From the IMG/VR virus record IMGVR_UViG_3300010354_000110, positions 1 through 56,541 of that record: a DNA stretch of 56,541 nucleotides. One strand, written 5' to 3'. This stretch comes from a virus. Taxonomy: Duplodnaviria; Caudoviricetes. Positions 1 through 10,116 of the stretch are shown here, one piece after another. The translations under genes and the position numbers were made by a program. The number at the start of each line of letters is the position of its first letter. The stretch's first letter is position 1. The notes under the pieces were generated by a model. The model searched no databases. It was given only the letters and a program-made list of their open reading frames with translations, and had not been told where the DNA came from.

Positions 1-1
1 A

Positions 2-112
2 GCTGCAGAGTGGATTCTTGAGTTGCAGAAGATTATTCGTGTGATGTCAGACTACAGTCTGAAGGCAGAGCGGCAAATCAAAAACCTGCGGAAAAAGGTT
101 GCTGCGAAGTAG
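2..112 (+). CDS. 3' end of a hypothetical protein, truncated by the window edge
   Basis: Open frame from position 2 to TAG at 110-112 (AAEWILELQKIIRV...KKVAAK*). Confidence 0.5.
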   Translation, partial: AAEWILELQKIIRVMSDYSLKAERQIKNLRKKVAAK

Positions 113-442
113 ACACTGGAATACCTTACTGGTGGTGGTGCGATAGCCGACAGCGAGCATTCGTCTTGTCAGTGTGTAGCTAACTAGTACGTTGTGGCTG
201 AGCGTGAGTTGGGGCATGGTCCAATCTTTCCTGTCTGACCTCTCGGACAGTCAATCGGCCAAGAGAGGTTCTGAACACATGGGGTGTAAAATGCAGATCA
301 TGACATACTGCGGGTCTATGCTGGATGTGAGTATAGAAGATGTGACTACAGCATCTAGACTGTACAACTTGGGGGTTGTAGGCAGTCCTGTTGATGGTTT
401 TTTCTCGACTCTAATCCAAGTCCTTCTTCACGGATAACACAA

Positions 443-766
443 ATGACCAAAGACAAACTTAAAAAACTGATGGACTCTGGTGTATTGCAGGCGGCTCTGG
501 AAGACAAGCCGCTGCAGTATCGAGTTGATGCTGATAGTGGATGGTTTGATTTAGCAGGGTTCCCCGATCTCGATAGTGATGTTGAGTTCAGGGTACGCCC
601 TCAATTATACAGACCACGAGTAGTTCGCTACGGCGATTATACTGAACAGGAAAAGGAAAAGATCGGTACCTTTATAATTGTGCGTAAAGATGGTACCTGT
701 TATGAGGACTACTATAGAGACTGGACCATCCATGAGGACGCTACTGTTTTGATTATGCGAGATTAA
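443..766 (+). CDS. hypothetical phage protein
   Basis: 107-aa ORF with ATG start; first gene of a tightly packed operon. Confidence 0.7.
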   Translation: MTKDKLKKLMDSGVLQAALEDKPLQYRVDADSGWFDLAGFPDLDSDVEFRVRPQLYRPRVVRYGDYTEQEKEKIGTFIIVRKDGTCYEDYYRDWTIHEDATVLIMRD

Positions 767-768
767 AC

Positions 769-951
769 ATGCTTACTGAACCGATCATTAGCGAAGGTAT
801 TCGCTCTGACCACAGGACTAATAAACTCGACAGAGAAATCCAGCGACTTCTAAAGAAAGAGGTGCTGGACGATGCCGATCGGTTTACTTGGTTCTATCTA
901 ACTTCTCAACAGGAAAGCCATGACCAGTTCAACGGAGCCAGGTTCGACTAG
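769..951 (+). CDS. hypothetical protein
   Basis: 60-aa ORF abutting its neighbours. Confidence 0.55.
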   Translation: MLTEPIISEGIRSDHRTNKLDREIQRLLKKEVLDDADRFTWFYLTSQQESHDQFNGARFD

Positions 952-1378
952 TCGCTCTATCGATGAGCCTATCAAACTGCTGATGGCTGGCATGCTAAGG
1001 AATGCCTCAGACGACATCGATAAGTTCATTGCTAATTCAGATCGCGACTATTTTGCAAACACAAATCTGTCGAACAAACATGTCAGAGAATATCTAATCC
1101 CTGTTGTGTGCGTTATTGAGTGGCTAGCATCTGCTGATGACGCTTCAGCAACACTTATAACATTCAACAACGCCTGTGAGATGCTAGGGCTGTGCCCAGA
1201 AGCTACACAGGAACTGTTCCTCAAAAAGATCAGGGGCATATCAAATGCCGGACGTTCTGCAATCCGTCGCTACGTATCAGGAATTCTTTCAGACGATAAG
1301 CAGTTCAGGCAGTATCGTCTCTTTAGTCGGGGGCCGGGTAAAAATCCCTATCGCAGACATTGCGGCAAGCCTAAGTAA
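920..1378 (+). CDS. hypothetical phage protein
   Basis: 152-aa ORF containing WL...TFNNACEMLGLCP, a pattern common in phage hypotheticals. Confidence 0.6.
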   Translation: MTSSTEPGSTSRSIDEPIKLLMAGMLRNASDDIDKFIANSDRDYFANTNLSNKHVREYLIPVVCVIEWLASADDASATLITFNNACEMLGLCPEATQELFLKKIRGISNAGRSAIRRYVSGILSDDKQFRQYRLFSRGPGKNPYRRHCGKPK

Positions 1379-1832
1379 CATCAATCGCTTCAATGGGCAT
1401 ATGGGTCAGTACTCGGTTGCCCAGCATTCATGCCTAGTATGCGATTTACTAGGTGGTAGTTATACAGGACTGATGCACGACTCGTGGGAGAGTGTCATTG
1501 GTGATGTAGCGACTCCTGTTAAGAATGCACTCAATCTGCTAGGCAATGGGATTTGGCGTGAGTTTGAGAACAGCATGGCTAAACGGTTCGCTAATAACTG
1601 GCGATTTTGTTTTCCACTGCCTCAGGCTGTACATGATGCAGACCGTACGGCACTGAGGATCGAGGTTGCATCTCTTGCATCTAATGAGATGAAGACATCG
1701 TTGCGTAAGGCTGGGATCGAGCCGCTTTATGATCTTGAATGGATCATCCAGGAAGTATGGACTCCTGATAGGTCCTTTACTGAATTCATGAATCGCTACC
1801 AAACATATGGACCTACCGGGAGAGAAATTTAA
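1245..1832 (+). CDS. HD-domain phosphohydrolase (YfbR/5'-deoxynucleotidase-like)
   Basis: Motifs DIAASLSNINRFNGH, YSVAQHS, LMHDSWESVIGDVATPVK and VHDADR. Start uncertain. Confidence 0.85.
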   Translation: MPDVLQSVATYQEFFQTISSSGSIVSLVGGRVKIPIADIAASLSNINRFNGHMGQYSVAQHSCLVCDLLGGSYTGLMHDSWESVIGDVATPVKNALNLLGNGIWREFENSMAKRFANNWRFCFPLPQAVHDADRTALRIEVASLASNEMKTSLRKAGIEPLYDLEWIIQEVWTPDRSFTEFMNRYQTYGPTGREI

Positions 1833-2572
1833 TGATCGAACTATACAACGCCGACTGCTTGATTAAGCTGGCAGACATCCCAGATGCTTCGGTTGATATG
1901 GTTCTTGCTGATCCTCCTTATGGTACAACGGCTTGTAAGTGGGACTCGGTGATACCATTTGAACCGATGTGGTCTCATTTGAAGCGGATTACTAAACCGA
2001 ACTCAGCAATCGTGATGACGGCTAGTCAGCCGTTCACTTCCGCACTGATTATGAGCAACGCGGGGATGTTTAAGTATTGCTGGGTGTGGGAAAAGGAGCA
2101 GGGAAGTATGCCGATGAATGCACCTTACCAGCCAATCAAGGTTCATGAGGATATTGTGGTCTTTAGTCACGCTGCCGCCACCTTTTCTAAGAGGGGCAGT
2201 ATGAGTTACTACCCGCAAAAAGAAGTCGGAAGGCCATACAAGGCAACTCAACGTAAATCAGGCAATATTGTATTCCACAGTGACCCTTCTGGAGACCATT
2301 TTAAGGACAACAGTGGTGACAGATACCCCAGGTCTGTAATCAGGCACAACACGCAACGCGGTTTACACCCCACCCAAAAACCTGTCGACCTTATGGAGTA
2401 TCTAATCAAGACTTACACCAACGAAGGGGCTATAGTCCTTGATTTCACTATGGGTAGTGGAACAACTGGCGTAGCTTGCAAGCGTCTTGGTCGCTCATTC
2501 ATAGGGATTGAGAAGGATGAGAAGTATTTTGCAATCGCGAAGGAAAGGATCGACAATGCAGTCTGTGATTGA
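1832..2572 (+). CDS. DNA N6-adenine/N4-cytosine methyltransferase, beta class
   Basis: DPPY catalytic motif near the N-terminus; HPTQKP and LDFTMGSGTTG SAM-binding motif near the C-terminus. Confidence 0.93.
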   Translation: MIELYNADCLIKLADIPDASVDMVLADPPYGTTACKWDSVIPFEPMWSHLKRITKPNSAIVMTASQPFTSALIMSNAGMFKYCWVWEKEQGSMPMNAPYQPIKVHEDIVVFSHAAATFSKRGSMSYYPQKEVGRPYKATQRKSGNIVFHSDPSGDHFKDNSGDRYPRSVIRHNTQRGLHPTQKPVDLMEYLIKTYTNEGAIVLDFTMGSGTTGVACKRLGRSFIGIEKDEKYFAIAKERIDNAVCD

Positions 2573-3197
2573 TCTAGTAGCAATTCATGGCAAATTAGGA
2601 ACCGGCAAGGACACACTGGCCTCATTCCTTACTGACCACACACCATACAGTTTTGCTGATCCCTTGCGTAAGGGCTTGCTGGCCCTGAATCCGCTTGTTG
2701 ATACAGGAGATGAGCCGGAGTGGTTGCAGCACTTAGTTCACCGACATGGATGGGACGAAGCTAAGAAAATTCCGGATGTCAGACGGCTGATGCAGGTCTA
2801 TGGTACAGAGGCTGGTCGAGACATTCACGGTCAGGATTGCTGGGTAAATATTGCTGAGCGGTTTGTTGACACCAATCAGCGGGTTGTAATTAGGGATGTG
2901 CGATTTCACAATGAGATCGATGCAATCTATAGTTGGGAGTTCACCAAGCCCAAACTAAAGAGCCGTGTGGTCACTGTTAAGATTGTCGGTGAGTCTCGTA
3001 GAACTCACGAGCAGTCTGCTACTAAACACGCAAGTGAGGATGGACTAGCCGATTACCTGTTCGATTATATCCTCTTCAATGATGGTACAATCGATGATCT
3101 ACGGTGGGCTGCGTGCTACATTGTGGAGCGTAAACCACCTAAGAAACAGATGAAACTGATCTGTCACTCACGCACTATTTCCGAGGTTGTTGAATGA
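2556..3197 (+). CDS. deoxynucleoside monophosphate kinase
   Basis: P-loop GKLGTGKDT, SFADPLR, RRLMQVYGTE, DVRFHNE, HASE. Start moved to ATG 2556. Confidence 0.88.
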   Translation: MQSVIDLVAIHGKLGTGKDTLASFLTDHTPYSFADPLRKGLLALNPLVDTGDEPEWLQHLVHRHGWDEAKKIPDVRRLMQVYGTEAGRDIHGQDCWVNIAERFVDTNQRVVIRDVRFHNEIDAIYSWEFTKPKLKSRVVTVKIVGESRRTHEQSATKHASEDGLADYLFDYILFNDGTIDDLRWAACYIVERKPPKKQMKLICHSRTISEVVE

Positions 3198-4321
3198 CTC
3201 TTCATGAAGCAGTAGAAAAGTACGGCAGTAAGCGAGCTGCGGCAAAAGAACTGGGGATTCCATGGACCACGTTTAGGCGGCAATACAAGCAGGAAGTCAG
3301 CACTTCTGAGGTGGTTAATCAGCCTACAAACGAACTAGATGCTGCTGTACTTGCTGCTGGTTTTGATCTGGGAGACATTACCGGTGCATGGTTGAAATCA
3401 AAGACCGGCACAGTGCAGGTCAAGAAGAGGCGAAGTACAGAACCGAAGCAGTTGGGGGAGCACCTACAACATTACCTCAAAACCAGCCGCTCCCATGTGG
3501 TCCGTGGGACAGAGACTGTCTCAGAAAACTGCATGCTTGTTATCGGTCTCCATGATTTTCATCTGGGAAAATTGACATGGGATGTTGAGGTTGGGGAGGA
3601 TTACGATCTGGAGATTGCTTCGGCGGTCTACCGTCAGGCGGTTTCTGATACGTTGGGGTTCTTTGGGTCACCTTCAATAAATCGCATTGTGTTGCCGATT
3701 GGTAGTGATTTCTTTCATAGCAACAACTTCAAGAGTGAGACAGACTCCGGAACAAAGCTAGACTCAACAGACGACCGGATGTCTAAGGTGTTTGATTGTG
3801 GTGTAGCGGCTGTTGTGTCTGCAATTGATGATTGCGTGCAGATTGCTGATGTTCAGGTTGTCTGGATTCCTGGAAACCATGACCGTGAGAGTTCGTGGTA
3901 CTTGTCTCAGGTGCTGAGGCATCGCTATGAAGGAAATCCATATGTGACTATTGACCACAAGGACACTCCGAGAAAGTACGTTCGGTATGGCGATTCTTTG
4001 ATTGGGCTGACACACAAACCAAACAAACGATTGCCGCTTACAATGAGTATTGAGGCTGCTAAAGATTGGTCAGAAGTTCATACTAGGGAGTGGCTCGTGG
4101 GGCACTACCATACCCGGAGGGAAGAACGCTACATGGCCGCTAATGAAGAACTAGGCGTTGTTCAGCGTACTCTAGCAAGTCTGAGTACCTGTGACTCTTG
4201 GCATAACGAGAATATGTTCATTAACAACCTTCGTGCTGCTGAGTCGTTTCTGTACAGTTTTGATACTGGCTATGCTGGATCACGAATTGCGAAAGTGAGG
4301 AACGAATGGGGGCTGTTGTAG
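3194..4321 (+). CDS. calcineurin-like metallophosphoesterase with N-terminal HTH
   Basis: DFHLG, SDFFH, PGNHD, GHYH motifs; N-terminal GSKRAAAKELGIPWTTFRR HTH. Confidence 0.85.
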   Translation: MTLHEAVEKYGSKRAAAKELGIPWTTFRRQYKQEVSTSEVVNQPTNELDAAVLAAGFDLGDITGAWLKSKTGTVQVKKRRSTEPKQLGEHLQHYLKTSRSHVVRGTETVSENCMLVIGLHDFHLGKLTWDVEVGEDYDLEIASAVYRQAVSDTLGFFGSPSINRIVLPIGSDFFHSNNFKSETDSGTKLDSTDDRMSKVFDCGVAAVVSAIDDCVQIADVQVVWIPGNHDRESSWYLSQVLRHRYEGNPYVTIDHKDTPRKYVRYGDSLIGLTHKPNKRLPLTMSIEAAKDWSEVHTREWLVGHYHTRREERYMAANEELGVVQRTLASLSTCDSWHNENMFINNLRAAESFLYSFDTGYAGSRIAKVRNEWGLL

Positions 4322-4923
4322 ATTTGTTAGGGAGGCGGTTTGGCAGGCTGCTTGTTGTGGGTAGGGCTGAAAACAATAAGCACAATAAAGCCTGCTGGAC
4401 ATGCCTGTGTGATTGTGGTAGTACTACTGCAGTGGTTGGCGACTATCTTATAAAGGGGGATACGGCATCCTGCGGCTGTTTGTGGAAAGAGCGGGTTACC
4501 AAGCACGGTAAGTCTTATTCTCCTGAGTATGAGGTTTGGAAGAATATGATCCGGAGATGCACTAACCCTAACGCACAGGATTATCCCAACTATGGTGGTC
4601 GTGGCATAACCGTGTGCGAAGATTGGCTGAAGCTTGAGAACTTTTGCCGAGACATGGGACCTAGGCCAACAAGGTTGCATAGTTTAGAACGATCCGACAA
4701 CGACAAAGGTTACTGCAAAGAAAACTGTCGATGGGCAACTAAGAAAGAACAGAATAACAACAGGAGAAGTAGTCGTGTATTCACCTACAACGGTAAAACA
4801 CAGTCCTTGCAGTCCTGGGCTGATGCTCTTGAAATTTCTGTTAGTACTTTGTGGAGTAGGGTTAAGAATGGGTGGGACATCTCCAGAGTTTTGACAGAAC
4901 CTGTAAGTAACCCAAGAAAGTGA
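4306..4923 (+). CDS. HNH homing endonuclease
   Basis: DLLGRRFGRL..WTCLCDCG..SCGC, YGGRGI, HSLERSDNDKGYCKENCRWAT..EQNNNRR. Confidence 0.88.
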   Translation: MGAVVDLLGRRFGRLLVVGRAENNKHNKACWTCLCDCGSTTAVVGDYLIKGDTASCGCLWKERVTKHGKSYSPEYEVWKNMIRRCTNPNAQDYPNYGGRGITVCEDWLKLENFCRDMGPRPTRLHSLERSDNDKGYCKENCRWATKKEQNNNRRSSRVFTYNGKTQSLQSWADALEISVSTLWSRVKNGWDISRVLTEPVSNPRK

Positions 4924-4930
4924 GGTCTTA

Positions 4931-5620
4931 ATGGCAGACAATAAAGAACCTGACGACTATACTGGAACAACTAGTGCCGACGAGCGGCAGAGAGTGGCAG
5001 AAATAGTACGAAATGGACTAGCACAATGTTATCGCCGTGAGACTATTATCAGGCAGATTATTGAGTACTGTCCAAGACTCAGTCGTGCAGTTGCGAACGG
5101 CTGGATTAGTCGTATTCTCAAAGGCATTGCTAAGTCCGATGCACGCCTGATGACAGATGCGAATATCAACCGTGGTCTGTACATGCTCAGGCTTGAGCAG
5201 GCGTACGCACTGGCGGTTGAGCGGGGCGACATCAAACTTGCTCTTGCTGCCGCATCTGCATTGGCTGAGGCACAGGGCATTAAGTCTTCTGGTAATTCTC
5301 CTGCTAGTCGCAAACTTGTTCAGAACAATGTAGACAAGTCTACTACAAACATTCTCCATGTAACTCCAGAAGGTTTGGAGGACCTGAATGAACTGTCCGA
5401 AGCACAGATCAGACAGGCACTCAATCGTAAAGAAGTCACACCAAAGCAGGCAGAAGCCCTTGTGGCAGCATCAAACGGAGACTACAGCCTACTGGAACAA
5501 GCTGAGGAAGAAGAACCAGAAGTAATCGAAGACCCTCAGGCATACGAAGGGGTTGAAGATAGTAGCGTAGGCTATCCTAGTTACATGTACATGGACGATC
5601 CACTGGAAGAGGAGGGGTAA
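4931..5620 (+). CDS. putative terminase small subunit
   Basis: Helical protein with acidic tail, overlapping the TerL start. Called from position only. Confidence 0.5.
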   Translation: MADNKEPDDYTGTTSADERQRVAEIVRNGLAQCYRRETIIRQIIEYCPRLSRAVANGWISRILKGIAKSDARLMTDANINRGLYMLRLEQAYALAVERGDIKLALAAASALAEAQGIKSSGNSPASRKLVQNNVDKSTTNILHVTPEGLEDLNELSEAQIRQALNRKEVTPKQAEALVAASNGDYSLLEQAEEEEPEVIEDPQAYEGVEDSSVGYPSYMYMDDPLEEEG

Positions 5621-7122
5621 TGGCGAATCCTGACAGACTCACATTAGAACTCTATCGCAGATCGCCCGATGCATTCCGAGCCGACACGATTGTAGATACC
5701 AATCTCAATCGTGCTCGGCTTGGTGACATTATGACACCCGTACAGCAGCAAGACTTCACAGCACGCAATCCAACAATGCTCTGGGTTGCTCAGGTTCCGC
5801 TATTCCAGAAGGGTAAGCCTCCGCAGGATAGAGAGCGACCACAGGTCAGGCGGTTCTATAGTCAACGCTCTCGCGGTTACTCGAAGACATCTGACATTGC
5901 ACTTGACCTGCTGTGGCTGTTGATCTTCAGCAACTACCGTTTAGATGGTCAGATTGCGGCAGAAGATTTTGACCAAGCCGCACTGACTCTCAAGCAGGCT
6001 GCTAAGATCATTGATGCTAATCAGTGGATGGGCAACTTTCTTGAAATCCAGAAGAAAGCTATTATCAACCCAGCTACTAAAGGACAGTTCATCTGTCACA
6101 CCAGCGATGTGGCATCCTCGTTCGGCCAAACACCAGATGTGGTCTTTGCTGATGAGTGGTCACACTGGTCTGATGAGGAGTGGTGGTCGTCTATTTATTC
6201 TTCGTTCGGAAAAAAGAACAAGATGATGATTGTGGGCTGCAACGCCTGCAAGACTGATTCATGGCAGATTGAACTCAGAGAAGGGTTCATTAAGGACCCT
6301 CTCTGGTACACATCGATTCCCAAAGGTCCTGCACCTTGGTTCAGTGCCGAAGACCTTAACTCACAGAGATTGGCTATTCCTTACCTGGAATATCTGCGGC
6401 TGTGGGAGAATGTTGACTCAGCCTCTAGTGGCAAGTTCATTGAGAAGCAGTTTGTAGAGAAGTGTCGAGACGCCACACTGTTCAGACATGACTCAGGATC
6501 AGAGCACATTCCAACCTATGTGGTCAGTATTGACTATGCTGAGCGTAACGACCGAACTGCTATCACCGTCGGTCATCTCTACGACGGCACGTTCATCATT
6601 GACCGTATGGATGTGATTGATCCGGTGCTTAGAGAGAACGGAACAATCCTTGTTTCTGAAGTGCTAACTATTCTGGATGAGATTGATCGGGAATTTGGTC
6701 AGCATTCTGAACTGATCTTTATCTTTGATCGCCACCAGATGGCGCACGCGATTCAGGTGCTGCGTGCAGCAGGTAAGACAGTCGAGGAGTTTGAGTTCAA
6801 ATCGGGCATCGGCAATCACCAATGTGCCGTTCTGCTTCAGCAATACCTTATGGAAGGTAAAGTGAAGTGGTACCCAGGCTGCGGCGAGATTTACGATGAG
6901 AACGGCGATGTCTGGACTCCTCGTGGAGTTGACGATAACCTTGAAACAGAGTTAGAGTCGCTGCTGGTAAAGGGTAACTCTTCTCGTTGGAGATTCGATC
7001 ATACTAAGTCTGGTCATGATGACCGGTCTTTCACAGTGGCCGCTGCAATTAAGTACATCAACGACAGATTACTGGCAGAGGCTGAAACCGACTACTTTGA
7101 AAGTGAGGGATGGGATGTTTAA
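5620..7122 (+). CDS. terL: terminase large subunit
   Basis: Walker A-like RSRGYSKT, Walker B VVFADE, nuclease motifs SIDYA, FDRHQ and HDD. Confidence 0.88.
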   Translation: MANPDRLTLELYRRSPDAFRADTIVDTNLNRARLGDIMTPVQQQDFTARNPTMLWVAQVPLFQKGKPPQDRERPQVRRFYSQRSRGYSKTSDIALDLLWLLIFSNYRLDGQIAAEDFDQAALTLKQAAKIIDANQWMGNFLEIQKKAIINPATKGQFICHTSDVASSFGQTPDVVFADEWSHWSDEEWWSSIYSSFGKKNKMMIVGCNACKTDSWQIELREGFIKDPLWYTSIPKGPAPWFSAEDLNSQRLAIPYLEYLRLWENVDSASSGKFIEKQFVEKCRDATLFRHDSGSEHIPTYVVSIDYAERNDRTAITVGHLYDGTFIIDRMDVIDPVLRENGTILVSEVLTILDEIDREFGQHSELIFIFDRHQMAHAIQVLRAAGKTVEEFEFKSGIGNHQCAVLLQQYLMEGKVKWYPGCGEIYDENGDVWTPRGVDDNLETELESLLVKGNSSRWRFDHTKSGHDDRSFTVAAAIKYINDRLLAEAETDYFESEGWDV

Positions 7123-7876
7123 CTACCCGCCGTATAAACGGGGAGCGTTTATGCATGTCAATAAGGACCTGTCTATTGTTCCTTACTGGCTAGAATGCAA
7201 CGCTGCAGAAAAGGCATACAATCAGGCGAATAGTGCCTATCTTGCAGCAGAGGACCTATACTGCCGATCTCCTAAGGCAGCATGCAGCGAACTGAAAAAT
7301 AAGTTGCGTGAGCTAGTTACTCTCTCTGCTTCTAGTGTTAAGCCTGTAGATGTTTTTGAGATCGCAGAGAAAAAAGTTGAGCACGCTCTGACCACAGCGA
7401 GAGGTAATGTCGCCCTTTCCCAGAAGTATTTGGGGGAGGCTGCCATGGCTGTAGCCCCTATCTTTTTTACCTTTGACGAAGCGGCCTTTGATAAGATGGT
7501 TGCTGAGGTCTTTGGTAAAGATGATGCACTTGGAAAGACCCGCACAGAGGCTCTAAAGGCTCGCAATAAGGCTGGCTCAGAGTTCAAGGCTGCCATGCTT
7601 AAGTATGCCCCGTGTTTCTCTGATACCTCCTTTTTGACTGGCTGCGAGAAAGGCAGAGAATATCGTAGAGCCTACGAAGAGGCTACACGAGTGGTGTCTA
7701 CATGGCGAAACAGGGCAAAGCAGTTCGACACCCCAGTTACAATTGAGTGTCTGGCTATCCACACCCTGCCAGAAGACACGAATAAAGTGTGGGCAGAGGC
7801 GTATCGTGCCTTAGGTTTCGACTCGCTACAAAAGCGACCTACTTACCGTCCATTTCTGCATAAGGAGTTTGTATAA
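7115..7876 (+). CDS. hypothetical helical protein between terminase and portal
   Basis: Ala-rich ORF; ATG 7115 overlaps the terL stop. Confidence 0.65.
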   Translation: MFNYPPYKRGAFMHVNKDLSIVPYWLECNAAEKAYNQANSAYLAAEDLYCRSPKAACSELKNKLRELVTLSASSVKPVDVFEIAEKKVEHALTTARGNVALSQKYLGEAAMAVAPIFFTFDEAAFDKMVAEVFGKDDALGKTRTEALKARNKAGSEFKAAMLKYAPCFSDTSFLTGCEKGREYRRAYEEATRVVSTWRNRAKQFDTPVTIECLAIHTLPEDTNKVWAEAYRALGFDSLQKRPTYRPFLHKEFV

Positions 7877-9387
7877 TGGCTGATTCTGTAATTGCTGAGC
7901 AGTGGCCTCAAGGACTTGCACTGACAGAAGAGAACATCAACAAGATGGCTCAAAACCATCATTTATATTTCGTAAGTGATTCATACGCTTTACCGATTCT
8001 GCCGGACTTAGATGCCGCTAGTTGGACTCAAATAACAGCAGGTACGCAATCGGCACCGGCCATTCTGCGTGAGCAACTACGCGAACTGGCTATCAATGTG
8101 CCATCTGCTACTCGTGTATTGAATCTGTATAAGATTTACACGATTGGTGGTGGTGCTACCGTTATGGTTCGACCTAGCGATCCTGAGTTGAAGATTGTCA
8201 ATCAGGTTACAAAACGTGCGACTAATAAACTCCGTAATCAACTACGCCGAAATAGTCTGCACTTAGGCTTCGGTGAGATGGCTCGTCGTCTGTATCGAGA
8301 TGGTGAGTTGTTTATCCGACGCATTCATAATGACGACGGTAGCTATGACTACCGCTTTGTCGATCCTGAGAACGTATGTGACCAGGACGGAAACGAGAAC
8401 GGCGGTATCATTACTGATCCGTACGACACAGTGACTGTTCTTGGATACATCCTGTGCAAACAGAAGTTCGATGAGCAAGGCAATCCGGACGGCTATGAGA
8501 AGTATGCTGAAGTCCTACCCGAAGACATGCTGCATATTGCACTCGATGTTGATTCCACAGTAAAGCGTGGCGTGAGTCGCTTGCTTGGTTGCAAGACAGC
8601 ACTTCAGAGATATCGCTCACTGATTCTCAATGAAGTGACGCTTCGTGAGCGTCAGTCGGCAATCGTGATGGTGCGTAAGGTTGCTGGTGGTTCTGGTGCT
8701 GCTCGTAGTGTTCTTGATGCAGCTAAGACTCAGGTCAGTGAGCCTGTCGATGCTTATTCAGGGCAGGAACGCTATCGTGCTGGAACTGTAGCGACCACAA
8801 CCAAGGGTGTTGAGATCACATTCTCGCATCCCGACAACAACTTTAGCGATGCAGGCCCCCTGTTCTCGCTCCTTGATCGTGAAGTTGCTAAGGTCACTGG
8901 CTTCACCTTTGAGCAGATTTCCTGTAACACGACCGAAGGTTCGTTGGCGACTGCGATGGTTGCTGAAGGACCTACCTTCCAGATGATTGCAGAAGAACGG
9001 AACTTCCTGACTGCTCGGCTGGAGAAGTACTTCCTGTGGCTCCTGGAAGACTTCGGGCTGAATGATGACTATGTGGTCGATATTGACTATCCGCCAATCG
9101 CCACAGTTGATAAACTGAAGGTCGCACAGGCGTGCAACATTGGAGTGATGGCGAAGGCTATGTCCATCAAGGAAATGTCTCGTCAGCTTGGTCTTGATCC
9201 TGAACAACAGCGGACAGAGGTTGAGGCAGATTCTGAACTGACGTTCATCAATCCGAACTATGGGAATCAGAATCCCGGTGCTGCTGCCAAGGCTACCAGC
9301 AGTCGAGGCAATGCTGCGGCGGGGGGCACAAACCAAAACAGTGTGTCGTTTGGTTCTGCTGATCCAGGAAAACAAGGAACCAGATAG
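7876..9387 (+). CDS. portal protein
   Basis: 503 aa, downstream of terL; lambda-family portal-like motifs RRLYRDGELFIR, FVDPENV, MLHI, KRGVSRL. Confidence 0.8.
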   Translation: MADSVIAEQWPQGLALTEENINKMAQNHHLYFVSDSYALPILPDLDAASWTQITAGTQSAPAILREQLRELAINVPSATRVLNLYKIYTIGGGATVMVRPSDPELKIVNQVTKRATNKLRNQLRRNSLHLGFGEMARRLYRDGELFIRRIHNDDGSYDYRFVDPENVCDQDGNENGGIITDPYDTVTVLGYILCKQKFDEQGNPDGYEKYAEVLPEDMLHIALDVDSTVKRGVSRLLGCKTALQRYRSLILNEVTLRERQSAIVMVRKVAGGSGAARSVLDAAKTQVSEPVDAYSGQERYRAGTVATTTKGVEITFSHPDNNFSDAGPLFSLLDREVAKVTGFTFEQISCNTTEGSLATAMVAEGPTFQMIAEERNFLTARLEKYFLWLLEDFGLNDDYVVDIDYPPIATVDKLKVAQACNIGVMAKAMSIKEMSRQLGLDPEQQRTEVEADSELTFINPNYGNQNPGAAAKATSSRGNAAAGGTNQNSVSFGSADPGKQGTR

Positions 9388-9397
9388 CGGGTGTTCT

Positions 9398-10078
9398 ATG
9401 GCAAGAATGGACATGACTTCACAAGTATTCGGAAGGTTGACAGTAATCGCTGTTTCTACTGAAAAAGTAAAACAGAACAAGATATTCTGGGAGTGTTTAT
9501 GCGAATGTGGTAATGTTGTTGTCATCGATGGCTCCCACCTCCGTACAGGTAACACAAAGAGTTGCGGATGCTTTAAGATTGATAGGCTTAAAGCCGCAAA
9601 AACTGTACACGGCATGTGTAATACACCAACTTACTCAAGTTGGGAGCACATGCGGTGCCGCTGCAATAACCCTAATAGCAATTACTTTGCCGATTACGGT
9701 GGTCGCGGCATAACAGTCTGTGAGCGGTGGCTGAAGTTCGAGAACTTCTACAAGGACATGGGAGATAGGCCGTCACAAGGCCACACGCTAGGGCGTATTG
9801 ACAACAACGGACCCTATTCTCCAGAAAATTGTAGGTGGGAAACCGTAAGTCAGCAGCAGAGTAACAGGAGGAATACTCGATTCTTGACTTACAATGGAAA
9901 GACGCAAACACTCACCGAATGGTCCTTGGAGATAGGCATCCCTTACGGGACTCTCCGCTCTCGTATCGATCAGTATGGCTGGTCAGTTGAGGAGAGTCTG
10001 ACGACGCCCTTGATGAGGATTCGCAGGGCCGGTCCTGGCTCAGCCAATACTGGTAAGCAGGGATTTGCCAATCAGTAA
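9398..10078 (+). CDS. HNH homing endonuclease
   Basis: Same family motifs: WECLCECG, KSCGC, YGGRGI, HTLGRIDNNGPYSPENCRW. Confidence 0.87.
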   Translation: MARMDMTSQVFGRLTVIAVSTEKVKQNKIFWECLCECGNVVVIDGSHLRTGNTKSCGCFKIDRLKAAKTVHGMCNTPTYSSWEHMRCRCNNPNSNYFADYGGRGITVCERWLKFENFYKDMGDRPSQGHTLGRIDNNGPYSPENCRWETVSQQQSNRRNTRFLTYNGKTQTLTEWSLEIGIPYGTLRSRIDQYGWSVEESLTTPLMRIRRAGPGSANTGKQGFANQ

Positions 10079-10084
10079 TCTGAC

Positions 10085-10114
10085 TTGACAGACCTCGGCT
10101 GGTCTGTGTATCAT
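10085..10114 (+). promoter_or_regulatory. sigma70-like promoter with an inverted repeat across the spacer
   Basis: TTGACA-N18-TATCAT; ACAGACC/GGTCTGT inverted repeat at 10088-10107 overlaps the -35 box and spacer. Confidence 0.5.
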
Positions 10115-10116
10115 TT

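Noticed and set aside
8758-9615. Long antisense ORFs (e.g. 8758..9615, 24483..25208)
   Set aside because: They are shadows of well-supported genes on the opposite strand, with no motifs or RBS.
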